DNA of 64,000 nt, taken from assembly GCA_040756875.1 (NCBI GenBank), contig JBFLYH010000001.1:1484399-1548398 (forward strand), given 5' to 3'. A program made the translations under genes and the position numbers. Source of the stretch: a candidate division FCPU426 bacterium. Lineage in GTDB: Bacteria > Oederibacteriota > JAAXVQ01 > JAUVAV01. Positions 10,321 to 20,308 of this stretch are shown here, piece by piece. Within the stretch, counting starts at the first letter, position 1. The number at the start of each line of letters is the position of its first letter. The notes beneath the pieces were generated by a model that had not been told where the DNA came from, did not search any database, and saw only the letters and a list, made by a program, of their open reading frames with translations.

Positions 10321-11247
10321 TCAGTCAAGCACCTGTTTTTTCCACCGGGTTTCCCAATTTCCGTCTCCACCCAGATCCTTGACCGCCTGCTGCAACCGCT
10401 CGGGTTCAGACTTCCCGGCCGAGCCATCCAGGCTGTTACGGAGCCGCCGCGCCACTTCAGCGGCGTTCGTTTGCGGCAGCTCCCCGCAGGCAGCAGCCAG
10501 CAAGCCGGGATGCAGGCGAAAATCCGCTGCCAGCTTGAGCAGAGCTGCGGGGCTGGCTTGCAACCCGGCCATTCGTTGCCCGGCCTCTTCCCTGCTCCAG
10601 GCGTCGAACCGCTCCAAGTCATAATGAGTATCGGCAGACAACGCAGGTAGATTGAGCTCAGTCAGGCCCGGCGTTCGCGAACCGGAAAGGTTGCCGGCTG
10701 ATCCGGAGATGTATGCCTGGCCGTCGAGACGCGCGGGCTGGCGACGCCGTGCATCCGGCAGTTTGCCGCTGCTTACGGATTGGATATCCCCCTCTGCCAC
10801 GCCCCTCACCTGTCCGCGATAGTCGGGTTGGGAACCCGGCGCAGGCGTTTCGACCTGTTCCAATGATTCCGCCGCTGGTTGCGGCTTCACCGCTTTATCC
10901 GTCCTGGCCGCCTGCCGGTCCATGGCCACGAACACGCCGATCAAGCCCAGCAGCACCAGGCCGGCGGCGGTCAGGCCTGCGCCCGGCGAGGAAAAACCGC
11001 CTCCAGGCCGTTGCGGGCCCTTGGCGCCGGTCTTCAGCCGCGCCATGATTTTTTCCCGGAATTCCGCAGGGACCTGCGCCAGGGGCGGCGCGGCGGCGTT
11101 TAGCTGTCCGGCCAGGGCGCGCAATCCCTCCAGCTCCACGCGGGCCTCGGGGTCGCGCGCCAGCAGTTCTTCGGCCTGGCGTCGCTGTTCAGGGCTGACC
11201 TGGTTGTCGAGATAGGCGGACAACAACTGTCTCTGTTCGTCGGTCAT
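10321..11247 (-). CDS. Transmembrane anti-sigma factor
   Basis: N-terminal [22 protein letters not shown] anti-sigma motif, a single TM helix, and ATGA overlap with the ECF sigma stop. Confidence 0.8.
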   Translation of the reverse strand: MTDEQRQLLSAYLDNQVSPEQRRQAEELLARDPEARVELEGLRALAGQLNAAAPPLAQVPAEFREKIMARLKTGAKGPQRPGGGFSSPGAGLTAAGLVLLGLIGVFVAMDRQAARTDKAVKPQPAAESLEQVETPAPGSQPDYRGQVRGVAEGDIQSVSSGKLPDARRRQPARLDGQAYISGSAGNLSGSRTPGLTELNLPALSADTHYDLERFDAWSREEAGQRMAGLQASPAALLKLAADFRLHPGLLAAACGELPQTNAAEVARRLRNSLDGSAGKSEPERLQQAVKDLGGDGNWETRWKKQVLD

Positions 11248-11849
11248 CGGCCGGGTCCCCCTTTTCTTCCGAGCAAACGCCGGAGGTTTTGGCGGGCGCG
11301 GTACAAACAGGACGCCACAGTGGTCAGGCGCAGTCCCATGACTTCGGCGATTTCATCATACCGCATCCGCTCGAAATGGCACAGAACAACCGCCTGCCTC
11401 TGTTCCGGCGGCAGGGCGGCGACCGCTTCTGCCACGCGGACAGCAAAATCTTTGCGGTCCAGGGCGTCGTCCGGCATTTCGGCCTTGGGGTCGCGCAGGA
11501 CCGGGGGCGGCGCCTCTTCCGTGCCGGCGTCCAGGGAAACGGTCCGCCGGTGGCGGTGACGTTCCAGAATGCTGAAGCAGTGGTTGGTCGTCACCCGGTA
11601 CAGCCAGGTCGAAAATGCCGAACGTCCCTTGAAGCTTTTGATCCGTTTAAACACCTTGAGAAATATTTCCTGCGCTTCATCCAGGGCGCTTTGATAATCC
11701 CGCAGGTAGCGCAGGGCCAGGGTCACGACGCGCTGTTCATAGCGGCTGATGAGCACGTTGAAGGCTTCGGTATCGCCCTTCTGGCAGCGGCTGATGATGT
11801 CCGCTTCGGGCAGTTGCGCGTAGTGGGGATCCAGGGGATAGGCGGCCAT
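11244..11849 (-). CDS. ECF RNA polymerase sigma factor
   Basis: DEAQEIFLK...[17 protein letters not shown] (region 2) and [11 protein letters not shown]...YDEIAEVMG...[10 protein letters not shown] (region 4). Confidence 0.95.
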   Translation of the reverse strand: MAAYPLDPHYAQLPEADIISRCQKGDTEAFNVLISRYEQRVVTLALRYLRDYQSALDEAQEIFLKVFKRIKSFKGRSAFSTWLYRVTTNHCFSILERHRHRRTVSLDAGTEEAPPPVLRDPKAEMPDDALDRKDFAVRVAEAVAALPPEQRQAVVLCHFERMRYDEIAEVMGLRLTTVASCLYRARQNLRRLLGRKGGPGR

Positions 11850-11860
11850 GGCGTCCTACG

Positions 11861-12757
11861 CTACATTCCCTGCAGGAGGCGGATGATGATGGGTCCGAAG
11901 AGCACGAGAAAAACCACGGGGAAGATGAACAGAATGAGGGGAAACAAAAGCTTAACCGGGGCTTCCAGCGCCTGCTTCTCGATTTCCTGCGACCGCTTGG
12001 TGCGCAACTGCGCGGCCTGGTTCTTAAGGGTCGCGGCCACGCTGACGCCGAGGCGCTCCGCCTGGATCAGGGACGTGACGAAAGTGCCGAAGGTGGGGTC
12101 GTCCACGCGCTGGGCCATGGCTTCGAGGGCGTCGCGGCGCGCCTGGCCCATTTGAATGGCCCGTAGGAGCTCCCGGAACTCCACGGCCAGGTAGCCGCGG
12201 CGGCCGCGCTCCATGAACACGCCCACCGCCTGCTCGAAATTCAAGCCGGCTTCCATGCACGAGGCCAGCAGGTCCAGGGCCGATGGCAGTTCCTGCAGGG
12301 TTTTCCGGCGCCTGAGCTGATCCTGCTCCCGCAGCCAGAGATCCGGCAGGAAAAACGCGGCTGCTCCCAGCGCCAGGCTGGCCAGCCAGCCGGCGCCCAG
12401 CAGCCACCCCAGCAGCAGCCCTCCCAGCAGGCTCAGCTCCTTGGCCGCCAGCCATTCGGCGCCTGAGCGCTGCGCCCAACGCGGATAATAGACCAGCTTT
12501 TTCCTCAATTCGCGCTCCCAGGCCGGAGCCACCCAGCGCACCTGCCAGCCGGCCAGCACGGGAAGGGTGCGGAAAAACAAATCAACCAGCGGTTCCTTGC
12601 GGCGGGGCCCAGGGGCAGCCACTGCGGACCCGGCCACTTGCGAGCCAACGGCCACGGCTTCCCGCTGCAACCGGCCGGCCTGCAGCCGGCGCAGCAGGTC
12701 TTGGGCCAGCAGGAACACAGCGACAAAAATCAGCAGTGGAATCAGCCAAGCAAACAT
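11861..12757 (-). CDS. tadC: Tad pilus inner-membrane protein TadC (T2SS F family)
   Basis: ELPSALDLLASCMEAGL...LIQAERLGVSVAATL...APVKLLFPLILFIFP. Confidence 0.9.
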   Translation of the reverse strand: MFAWLIPLLIFVAVFLLAQDLLRRLQAGRLQREAVAVGSQVAGSAVAAPGPRRKEPLVDLFFRTLPVLAGWQVRWVAPAWERELRKKLVYYPRWAQRSGAEWLAAKELSLLGGLLLGWLLGAGWLASLALGAAAFFLPDLWLREQDQLRRRKTLQELPSALDLLASCMEAGLNFEQAVGVFMERGRRGYLAVEFRELLRAIQMGQARRDALEAMAQRVDDPTFGTFVTSLIQAERLGVSVAATLKNQAAQLRTKRSQEIEKQALEAPVKLLFPLILFIFPVVFLVLFGPIIIRLLQGM

Positions 12758-12764
12758 AAGAACC

Positions 12765-13670
12765 TCAGACCTCGATATTGACGATTTGTCTGATAAAAAA
12801 AGCGCCCACCAGTTCCAGCACCGCGCCCGCGGCCAGAATGACCCAGCCCAGCGGATGGCGGAGAAAATCAGTGATGAGCGGCGGATCCAAAACCGCGAGA
12901 ATCAGCAGCAGCCCCACGGGCAGGATGCCCACCACCCAGCCGGACAACTTGCCCTGCGCGGTCAGCGCGTCGATCCGGCCCTTAAGGCGGAAGCGCTCGC
13001 GCACGGTTTCCACCAGCCGGGCCGTGACTTCGGCCAGGTTGCCGCCTGTGCGCAAGGACACGCCAGCTGCGACCACGAACAGTTCCAGGTCAGCATGCGG
13101 CCAGCGTTTGAGCATTTTTTCCAGCGCCTCTTCCGGGGCCAGCCCCAGGCGGCAGTCCCGCACCACGGATAAAAATTCCAGGCGTATGGGCGACGGCGCT
13201 TCCTGCGCCACGACTTCCAACGCCTGGACCAGGGACAGTCCGGCGCGCAGGGAATTTCCCACCAGACTCAGGGCATCCGGAAGCTGCTGGCCCAGGGTCC
13301 GCAGACGCTGCTGTTTCCACAGCGCCACCAGAAGCGGCGGCAAATAGTAACCCAAGGTCATGCCCGCCACGGCCCAGAGCAGGCGCTCGACTTCGAGCCA
13401 GCCGCCGTTCGCCAGCAGGTAGCCGACGATCATGCCCGCCAGGGCGGTCTGGCTGCGCCGGCGCAGCCACTCCTCGGGATTCCGCCACCAGCGGATGGAT
13501 TGGACTTGAGCGCGGCCGGGAGCAGGCGCGGGTATTGCGGCGGACCGCCCGCGCTCCCAACGGCTCCTCAGCCTCTCCAGCCACTCCGGCCGCCATCCCG
13601 CGGCCAGCAGATAGACCGCGAAAAAGACGGAGGCAATGGCCAAGTATTTAACCGCCGGAAAGAGCGACAT
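12765..13670 (-). CDS. tadB: Tad pilus inner-membrane protein TadB
   Basis: QLPDALSLVGNSLRAGLSL...TGGNLAEV...IDALTAQGKLSG. Start refined to the ATG at 13670. Confidence 0.9.
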   Translation of the reverse strand: MSLFPAVKYLAIASVFFAVYLLAAGWRPEWLERLRSRWERGRSAAIPAPAPGRAQVQSIRWWRNPEEWLRRRSQTALAGMIVGYLLANGGWLEVERLLWAVAGMTLGYYLPPLLVALWKQQRLRTLGQQLPDALSLVGNSLRAGLSLVQALEVVAQEAPSPIRLEFLSVVRDCRLGLAPEEALEKMLKRWPHADLELFVVAAGVSLRTGGNLAEVTARLVETVRERFRLKGRIDALTAQGKLSGWVVGILPVGLLLILAVLDPPLITDFLRHPLGWVILAAGAVLELVGAFFIRQIVNIEV

Positions 13671-13680
13671 GGTCCGTATT

Positions 13681-15783
13681 TCAGCCTTTCCTGAATATCT
13701 TTTCGTCCAGCGCGATGCCGCGGCTGGCGAGTTCGGACACGAAGGAGGGCACGTACCCCGTGGCGCGGTAATCGCCCGCCACCTTGCCGCTTTTGTCCAC
13801 CCCGGTCTGTTTGAAGACAAACACATCCTTGAGCGCCACCTGGCCGTCCTCGATGCCCAGCACTTCCGCGATCTGCGTGATTTTGCGGCTGCCGTCCTGC
13901 AGCCGGGACTGCTGCACCACCAGGTGCACGGCGCCCGCGATCTGCTCGCGGATGGCGCGCACCGGCAGCTCCATGCCGGACATGAGCACCATGGTTTCCA
14001 GGCGGGAGACGGCGTCCTTGGGCGAATTGGCGTGGGCCGTGGTCAAGGAGCCGTCGTGCCCCGTGTTCATGGCCTGGAGCATGTCCAGGGCTTCGCCGCC
14101 TCGGCACTCGCCCACCACGATCCGGTCCGGCCGCATGCGCAGGCAGTTGCGCACCAGGTCGCGGATGGTGATGGCGCCCTTGCCCTCGATGTTGGCCGGC
14201 CGGGCCTCGAGCGTGACCACATGGGGCTGCGGCAGGTTCAGTTCGGCCGCGTCCTCCACGGTGATGATGCGTTCGTCCTCGGGAATGAAGGCGGCCACGA
14301 TGTTGAGCAGCGTGGTTTTGCCCGAGCCCGTGCCGCCGGAAATCACGATGTTCTTCCGGCAGCGCACGCTGGCGCCCAGAAAATCGGCCATCTCTTTCGT
14401 GAGGGAGCCAAATTTCATCAGGTCCTCCACGGTGTATCGCTGTTTGGAGAATTTCCGGATGGTCAGGGTGGGCCCCTTGAGGGCCAGAGGCGGAATGATG
14501 GCATTGACGCGGGAGCCGTCCGCCAGCCGCGCGTCCACGTACGGCTGGCTCTCGTCGATCCGGCGGCCCAGCGGGGCCACGATCCGTTCGATGACGGTCA
14601 TGAGCTGCTTGTCGCTGAGAAAATGCTTGTCGCTCCGCTCCAGGCGGCCGCGGCGTTCCAAATAAATCTGGTCAGCCCGGTTGACCATGATTTCCGTCAC
14701 CGAGGGGTCGCGGATCAGGTCTTCCAGGGGGCCCAGGCCCAGGGCCTCGTCCACCATTTCGCGCACCAGTTGCTCCCGGAGTTCGCGGTTGGTAAGCTCG
14801 GACGCTTCCTGAGCCATGAGCGAAGTGACCACGGCCTCCACCTTGTCGCGTAAAAAAGCCTGGCCCGCGGCCGTGCGCCCGGATTCGCTGGCCAGGTGCC
14901 GCAATTCGGGGTTCTCCAGCAACAAGCCGTGGATCCGTTCCTTCACCGCGGTCAGGTCCTCGCGCTTGTCCTGAGCCTGAGCCGGCTGGGTCTCGCCCTC
15001 CTCGGGCTGCCAGGTATCCGAGCGGTAGCGCGTGTCAACCGCCAGCAAAGCCTGGCTCATGGCCTTTACCTGTTTGGCAAAAGCCGCGTGGGGATAAAGC
15101 TGGATCAGTTCCCGGTGCTGGTTCACGGCTTCTGTGGCCTGATCCGCATACGGCAGGCTGGCCAGGACTTTGAAGCCAGGGAGGGTTTTTTCCAGGTCCT
15201 CGAGCCTCAGCGCGTGCGGAACGTCCGCGCGGTTGAGCACCAGGCTGATTTTGGCCGCCGGGAATTTCAGTTCCTGATAGCGCAGGGTGTCGGCCCGGGC
15301 CTGCCTGAGGCCCACCAGGTCAGGAGAACACACGAGCAGGATGCGGTCCGCGGCATCGAGCACGGACAGGGCCAGGCGGTCCCAGCCTGCCAGCCCGTCC
15401 ACTACAATCACATCATAAGCCTGCCGGAAGAGGCTCAGGCTGCGCAGAATCTGCTGGCTGCTCACGCCCAAGGCCCCGGCGGCATTGTCCGCCAGGGCGA
15501 TGACCTCCACCCCGGAGGCGGTCTGGGGAAAATACCCCCGCAGCGTGGCAGCGTCGAACCGGTTCAATTGGGCCGCGATCTCGGCGAGCGTGTTTCCGGC
15601 TCCCAGGTCGGCCCTCAGTTTTTGTTCGGACCGTGCCTGCACGTCCAGATCCACCAGGGCCACGGCCCTGCCGGTTTGCCGCAGCGAGGCCGCCAGGTTT
15701 TGGGCCAGCAGGCTTTTGCCCTCGCCCGCCTTGCCGCCGTGCAGAACCAGCATCAAACCTGCCGATTGGTCGGTAGCTGCCAT
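13681..15783 (-). CDS. cpaF: Fused CpaE/TadZ (MinD-like) and CpaF/TadA pilus ATPase
   Basis: N-terminal GGKAGEGKS, VDLD, YDVIVVD and LVLNR (CpaE-like). C-terminal GLGPLE, SGGTGSGKTT, LRMRPDRIVVGECRG and MNTGHDGS (TadA). Confidence 0.92.
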   Translation of the reverse strand: MAATDQSAGLMLVLHGGKAGEGKSLLAQNLAASLRQTGRAVALVDLDVQARSEQKLRADLGAGNTLAEIAAQLNRFDAATLRGYFPQTASGVEVIALADNAAGALGVSSQQILRSLSLFRQAYDVIVVDGLAGWDRLALSVLDAADRILLVCSPDLVGLRQARADTLRYQELKFPAAKISLVLNRADVPHALRLEDLEKTLPGFKVLASLPYADQATEAVNQHRELIQLYPHAAFAKQVKAMSQALLAVDTRYRSDTWQPEEGETQPAQAQDKREDLTAVKERIHGLLLENPELRHLASESGRTAAGQAFLRDKVEAVVTSLMAQEASELTNRELREQLVREMVDEALGLGPLEDLIRDPSVTEIMVNRADQIYLERRGRLERSDKHFLSDKQLMTVIERIVAPLGRRIDESQPYVDARLADGSRVNAIIPPLALKGPTLTIRKFSKQRYTVEDLMKFGSLTKEMADFLGASVRCRKNIVISGGTGSGKTTLLNIVAAFIPEDERIITVEDAAELNLPQPHVVTLEARPANIEGKGAITIRDLVRNCLRMRPDRIVVGECRGGEALDMLQAMNTGHDGSLTTAHANSPKDAVSRLETMVLMSGMELPVRAIREQIAGAVHLVVQQSRLQDGSRKITQIAEVLGIEDGQVALKDVFVFKQTGVDKSGKVAGDYRATGYVPSFVSELASRGIALDEKIFRKG

Positions 15784-15791
15784 AAGCCGCC

Positions 15792-16757
15792 TCAGCGCCC
15801 CACCAGCCGCGGGGTCACGAAGATCACCAACTCCGAGTTTTCGCGGATCAAGCGGGTGGATTTGAATAGATAACCCAGGATCGGGATATCAGAGAGAACC
15901 GGCAGGCCCTGGTGGTTCAGCTGGTTGGTTTCGTTGAGCAGGCCGCCGATGACCACCGTGGTTTCGGGTTGCACCTGGATCACCGTGGAGGCCCAGCGCG
16001 TTTTCAGCGAGGGATTGCCCTGGACCTGCTTGGTGAAGTCCGCGTCCGACACCTCGGCGCGCAGTTCCACGGTCACCAGACCGTTGTTCTGCGCCGTGGG
16101 CTGGACATCCAGGCTGACCCCGTATTTCTTCCATTCCACGTTGGACTGGCCGGTGGCGTTCACGGTCGCCACCGGGATCTCACCGCCCGAGGAAAAGCTG
16201 GCTTTGTGCCCGGACAAGGTCAACAGCTTGGGCCGCGCCAAAACTTTACCCTGTCCCTTTTCATCCAGCAGCTTGAGCAAAAGGTCCAGTTTGCCCCGCT
16301 CCAGAGTGCCGATGGCAGTCAACGGGCTCGTGGTCTCGAGCAGGCTCAATTTGCCCGCCGGGCCGACCAGGCGTTCCCAGTCCAGGCCCAGATTCTTGTC
16401 TTCGTTCTGGCGGATTTCCATGACCTGGACATCCACCTGGATCATGGTTTCCGCCACCCGGCCGGCGGTCACCACCACGGTGGAGGTGTCCTTGCGGTTA
16501 TCGCGGTCCCACACGATCAAAGTAGTGGCGCCCAGGGTCTTGCCGGTGATCAACAGTTCCTGATCGCTGATTTGCTTCACGTCCGCCACTTCGGGGTTGC
16601 CGATGGCCACCCGCAGCGGAGCCCGCACGCCCACCACCTGGGCCGCGCCCAGCATGACCTGGATTTCCTTCCCGGCCTGCGAAGTAGCCGGACAAACAAT
16701 TGCAATTGCGAGTATGCTCACTGCCAGGACGCGACGCATAAACCCCTCCGGAATCAC
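15792..16757 (-). CDS. cpaC: Tad secretin CpaC/RcpA
   Basis: N-terminal VAIGNPEVADV...ITGK..GATTLIVWD. Secretin domain LARPKLLTLSG...GGEIP...GLPVLSDIPILGYLFKS...ELVIFVTP. Confidence 0.9.
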   Translation of the reverse strand: MIPEGFMRRVLAVSILAIAIVCPATSQAGKEIQVMLGAAQVVGVRAPLRVAIGNPEVADVKQISDQELLITGKTLGATTLIVWDRDNRKDTSTVVVTAGRVAETMIQVDVQVMEIRQNEDKNLGLDWERLVGPAGKLSLLETTSPLTAIGTLERGKLDLLLKLLDEKGQGKVLARPKLLTLSGHKASFSSGGEIPVATVNATGQSNVEWKKYGVSLDVQPTAQNNGLVTVELRAEVSDADFTKQVQGNPSLKTRWASTVIQVQPETTVVIGGLLNETNQLNHQGLPVLSDIPILGYLFKSTRLIRENSELVIFVTPRLVGR

Positions 16758-16772
16758 GAATAGCAGCCCATG

Positions 16773-17579
16773 CTATTGCAGGCCGCGGATAATCTGGACC
16801 CCCCGCTTGGCAGGGGCGATGTCATCCTGTTTGGCCCGCAACAGGGGCCCCAACAGGGTCTTCAAGTTCTGCTCGGAAAGGTCGGCCACGTTCTCGTCCC
16901 CCACCGAACGCAGCATGATCTTCAAACTGCCCTCCGACTCCGCCAAGGACAGCCTGAGCGCGTCCTCCGGCGACACCGCCAGGCTGATGGTCAGACTGCC
17001 GCCGGAGGCCCCGGCCTCAGCGGATTTGGGCGCATCGGCCGTGGTTTCAGAACCCACGGAAGTCACCAGCAGGTTTTGCGCCAGCAGCACGGTGGTGATC
17101 CGTTTCTCGCCCCGGAATTGGTGTTCAAAGGTTCCGATCAAGTCCACGTGGTTGCCGGGCTTGATGTGCCCGCCCACCGCTGCCGCCGGATCAAAGCCCA
17201 GGGCAATGATGCGCATGCCTTCAGGCACCACTCCGGCGAATCCGGGCAGGATTTTGGAAAGTTTGTTGGGAAGGATCTGTTCGCCTTTGGCGATGGGGAC
17301 CACGGCAAACTGGCCTTTATAGGCTTTCCATTGCGCCAGCAAGCCTTCGCGGGTGGGCGAGGCAATGGCTCCGGGCATGACATAAGCCCCCGGGATTTCG
17401 TCCACCAAAATACGGTCACCGGTCAGCGCGGCGCCGCGGCCGATGGGTTTCTTGGCCACCAGTACCTTTAAAGGCGTGACATCGGCTTTGACTGCAGCCT
17501 CTTTTTCGGACAGATAGTAGTAAACCAGCAAAGCCGCCACTGCGGCCAAAAGCAATGCCACCAAGGTTTGTCGGTTCAT
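16773..17579 (-). CDS. cpaB: Flp pilus assembly protein CpaB/RcpC
   Basis: SAF domain (VLVAKKPI.RG), VPEGMR, VGGHIKPGNHVDLI and SLAVSPEDA. Confidence 0.9.
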   Translation of the reverse strand: MNRQTLVALLLAAVAALLVYYYLSEKEAAVKADVTPLKVLVAKKPIGRGAALTGDRILVDEIPGAYVMPGAIASPTREGLLAQWKAYKGQFAVVPIAKGEQILPNKLSKILPGFAGVVPEGMRIIALGFDPAAAVGGHIKPGNHVDLIGTFEHQFRGEKRITTVLLAQNLLVTSVGSETTADAPKSAEAGASGGSLTISLAVSPEDALRLSLAESEGSLKIMLRSVGDENVADLSEQNLKTLLGPLLRAKQDDIAPAKRGVQIIRGLQ

Positions 17580-17674
17580 GACCCCTCCTCAGGAATCGCG
17601 GCAGACAAGGATATCGATATATTTAATAGACCGGGAAACCGGAAAAACCATGCGTCTAAAATAATTTTTTTCAG

Positions 17675-18181
17675 TTATTGCAGGGGAACTTCCACTGCAC
17701 CGGATTTCCGCATGCGCTTTGCTTCGGGGTGCAGGCGGATATTCTCGGGATAAGGCAAGCGATCCCCCCGGTCCACGTAGATGATCTTGTAATTGCGTTC
17801 TTCGTCGCGGCCGAGGATAAAATGATAAATTTCATCCCCGCTGCGCTCATGCGTGACCCGGTAATAGAGCTGGATTTCGTCCCGGCCAGGCACTTCCTGA
17901 AAACTTTCACAGATCGCCCGGCGCAAGGGGCCGGCCTCTGTCAAAATCGCCTGGTAATCAGCCTGGAAGCTGGCCAAGTCCGAGCCCGGGCCCTGTTTGC
18001 TGGCATTGGCCAGGTACTGGTCGTAAATCCGGGAGTACTCGCCCAGGGACAAGCCGCGCAGAAATTGATTGGCCACGGCGATGGCTTGGTCTTCATTTTG
18101 GACGAACGCGGCGGGTTTGCAGGCAGGCAGCCAGCAAACAGCGAGGCTCAGCAATGCGAGGAGAGGGGCGAACGTGCGCAT
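17675..18181 (-). CDS. Hypothetical lipoprotein
   Basis: Hydrophobic signal with lipobox-like LPAC, followed by an NTF2-like alpha/beta pattern. Confidence 0.6.
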   Translation of the reverse strand: MRTFAPLLALLSLAVCWLPACKPAAFVQNEDQAIAVANQFLRGLSLGEYSRIYDQYLANASKQGPGSDLASFQADYQAILTEAGPLRRAICESFQEVPGRDEIQLYYRVTHERSGDEIYHFILGRDEERNYKIIYVDRGDRLPYPENIRLHPEAKRMRKSGAVEVPLQ

Positions 18182-18220
18182 TGGCACGCATTATACCAGT
18201 TGCCGGCAGCCGGATGAAGC

Positions 18221-18247
18221 GAAAAGCCCCGCACTTTTCGGGGCCCT
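18221..18247 (-). terminator. Possible intrinsic terminator after the histidine kinase
   Basis: GCCCCG/CGGGGC stem followed by TTTT on the minus strand. Confidence 0.4.
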
Positions 18248-19331
18248 AGCGGTGCGCATCGCCGGCCAGCGGGAACGTCACGGCCACCGTCGTTCCCCGG
18301 CCGGGTTCGCTGGTCAGCGCGATTTCGCCGCCCAAGAGATCCAGTAATTTCTTGACGATATACAGCCCGAGGCCATGCGAGTCCTCGCCGGCCGTGGGCT
18401 GACTGGAGGTTCGGCCGAAAGGTTTGAAGAGTTTCTCCTGGTCTTCGGGGCGGATGCCGACCCCATGGTCCTGCACGACGACGCACGCCACACGTTGTCC
18501 CGGCTGGAGGCGCACCAGTACTTCCGAGCCGGGGCTGGAGTAATTTATCGCATTGGAAATCAAGTTGTTGAAAACTTCCTCGAACCGGTGCGGATCCATG
18601 GCGAGGCGGACCGGTTCCTCCGGCTGTTCAAGCTGGAGCCGGATATTTTTAGCTTCGGCCGCAGCGGCGAAATTGGCCAGGCAGGTACGGAGCATCGGCT
18701 GGATTTCCACGGGTTCCAGACGCACCTCCACGGTCCCGTTCTCGATGCTCTTCGCATCCAGCATGTTGTTCACCAATTCCAGCGCGTACCGCGCCTGGCG
18801 CACGATGGGTTCGCTGATGGTCTGCAGATGCGGATCAGGATAACGGCCGAGTATTTGCGCGAAGGACCTGATGACCGCCAGTGGATTGCGCAGATCGTGC
18901 GCCAATATGCCCATCAGGCGGTCTTTCTGGCGGCCCAATTCTTCCACGGCCTTCCAATGGCTCACATCGCGGAACACTTCGATAGCGCCGATAACCTCCC
19001 CCCGGGAATTGCGCAACGCCCGGATATGGGTTTCCATAGGCACTTTTTCGCCGCGGGCGGTCATGGCATAGACGATTTTTTGGGCCGGTTCGCCCGTGCG
19101 CACGACTTTGTCCGCCGGGCACACCTGTTCGCACAATTTGCAGCCAGTTTCATCCTCGTGCTTGAGCGGCCCCTCATGGCAGAATTTTCCGACGATCCAC
19201 TCCGCCGGATATCCGGTCAGGCGCTCGGCGCCAAGGTTCCAGAACAGGATCCGCCGTTCCGGATCCACGATGTAGACGCCGTCGAACAGTTCATTTAAAA
19301 TCGCAGTGGTCTCCGGCGCTGTCCATTCCAT
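18246..19331 (-). CDS. Cytoplasmic PAS-domain histidine kinase
   Basis: PAS (WNLGAERLTGY), H-box AHDLRNPL, N-box NNLISNAINYS, DHGVGI and GLGLYIV. Confidence 0.93.
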   Translation of the reverse strand: MEWTAPETTAILNELFDGVYIVDPERRILFWNLGAERLTGYPAEWIVGKFCHEGPLKHEDETGCKLCEQVCPADKVVRTGEPAQKIVYAMTARGEKVPMETHIRALRNSRGEVIGAIEVFRDVSHWKAVEELGRQKDRLMGILAHDLRNPLAVIRSFAQILGRYPDPHLQTISEPIVRQARYALELVNNMLDAKSIENGTVEVRLEPVEIQPMLRTCLANFAAAAEAKNIRLQLEQPEEPVRLAMDPHRFEEVFNNLISNAINYSSPGSEVLVRLQPGQRVACVVVQDHGVGIRPEDQEKLFKPFGRTSSQPTAGEDSHGLGLYIVKKLLDLLGGEIALTSEPGRGTTVAVTFPLAGDAHR

Positions 19332-19480
19332 GTCATATCCCCGCTTGGTTTTGCCCCGGCAAGGGGCCCGGCCGGGGCTGGGAACGTCATAATGCTGGTA
19401 TTATCTATTAACGGAATATGCTATTTTGAGTTCAAGTTAAAACGGGCCCGTAAATGCCCGATTCCTCCCGGAGGCGCTTT

Positions 19481-20008
19481 ATGCGGCAGTGGCTGGCAGC
19501 TGTCATTTCGGTCTGGTGGATCGTTGGCAGCGCGTTGGCGGCCGAACCGCCGGCCGGATCCGCATCCGTGGAGAAAACCGACGAGGCGACGGCCGGTTTG
19601 GCCGAGCTCCAGCCCGAATCGCCGCTGCAACCGGGTAGCGGCCTGGCCCTCGAGGGCCGTCTGGTGGTCTGCGTTTATAAAATCCGAAACACCCGCGGGA
19701 ATGTCTGGGTGGGCGTGTTCGCCTCGCCCGCAGGCTTCCCGGATTTTAAACAGGCGCGCCTGCTGTCCGTAGCCAAAATAAAAAAAGGCAGCGCGGAAAC
19801 GACTTTCAACCGGCTGCCTTATGGAACCTACGCGCTTGCCGCCTTTCATGACGAGGACGGCAACTTGAAATTAACCACCAACTGGCGGGGCAAACCCAAG
19901 GAAGGCATGGGTTTTTCGAACAATCCGCTCAAGTCCATCTATCAGGACGCCTGTTTCGTTCTGGATGCGCCCGAATCCCGTTTGGTCATCAACTTGATCT
20001 ATCCTTGA
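19481..20008 (+). CDS. DUF2141 family exported protein
   Basis: Signal peptide, LPYGTYALAAFHDEDGN and PKEGMGFSNN. Confidence 0.88.
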   Translation: MRQWLAAVISVWWIVGSALAAEPPAGSASVEKTDEATAGLAELQPESPLQPGSGLALEGRLVVCVYKIRNTRGNVWVGVFASPAGFPDFKQARLLSVAKIKKGSAETTFNRLPYGTYALAAFHDEDGNLKLTTNWRGKPKEGMGFSNNPLKSIYQDACFVLDAPESRLVINLIYP

Positions 20009-20014
20009 CACCGC

Positions 20015-20308
20015 CTAGAACACATAATCCACCGAGGCGCGTTCCTCGACCAAATCCCGCACGTACGCGGCCACGGCTTGGTGCTCGGGGTGCACCCGGT
20101 AGGCCTCCAAATCCGCCAAATTGCGGAACTCCGTGCACAGCGCCACATCGTGGCTGGTATGCGGCGAAGCCAGATTGACGCCCACTTCCAGGTTCACCAC
20201 CAGCGGTATTTTTTCCTGCAGCGCCTCAAGCCGGCCGCGGAGTTCCTTGACCTTGGCCACCAAGCGGTTTTCCGGTTTGAGTTTCCACAGAACGATGTGT
20301 TTGATCAT
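20015..20308 (-). CDS. Dabb family stress-responsive A/B barrel protein
   Basis: MIKHIVLWKLK...LEAYRVHPEHQAV...VDY. Confidence 0.92.
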   Translation of the reverse strand: MIKHIVLWKLKPENRLVAKVKELRGRLEALQEKIPLVVNLEVGVNLASPHTSHDVALCTEFRNLADLEAYRVHPEHQAVAAYVRDLVEERASVDYVF

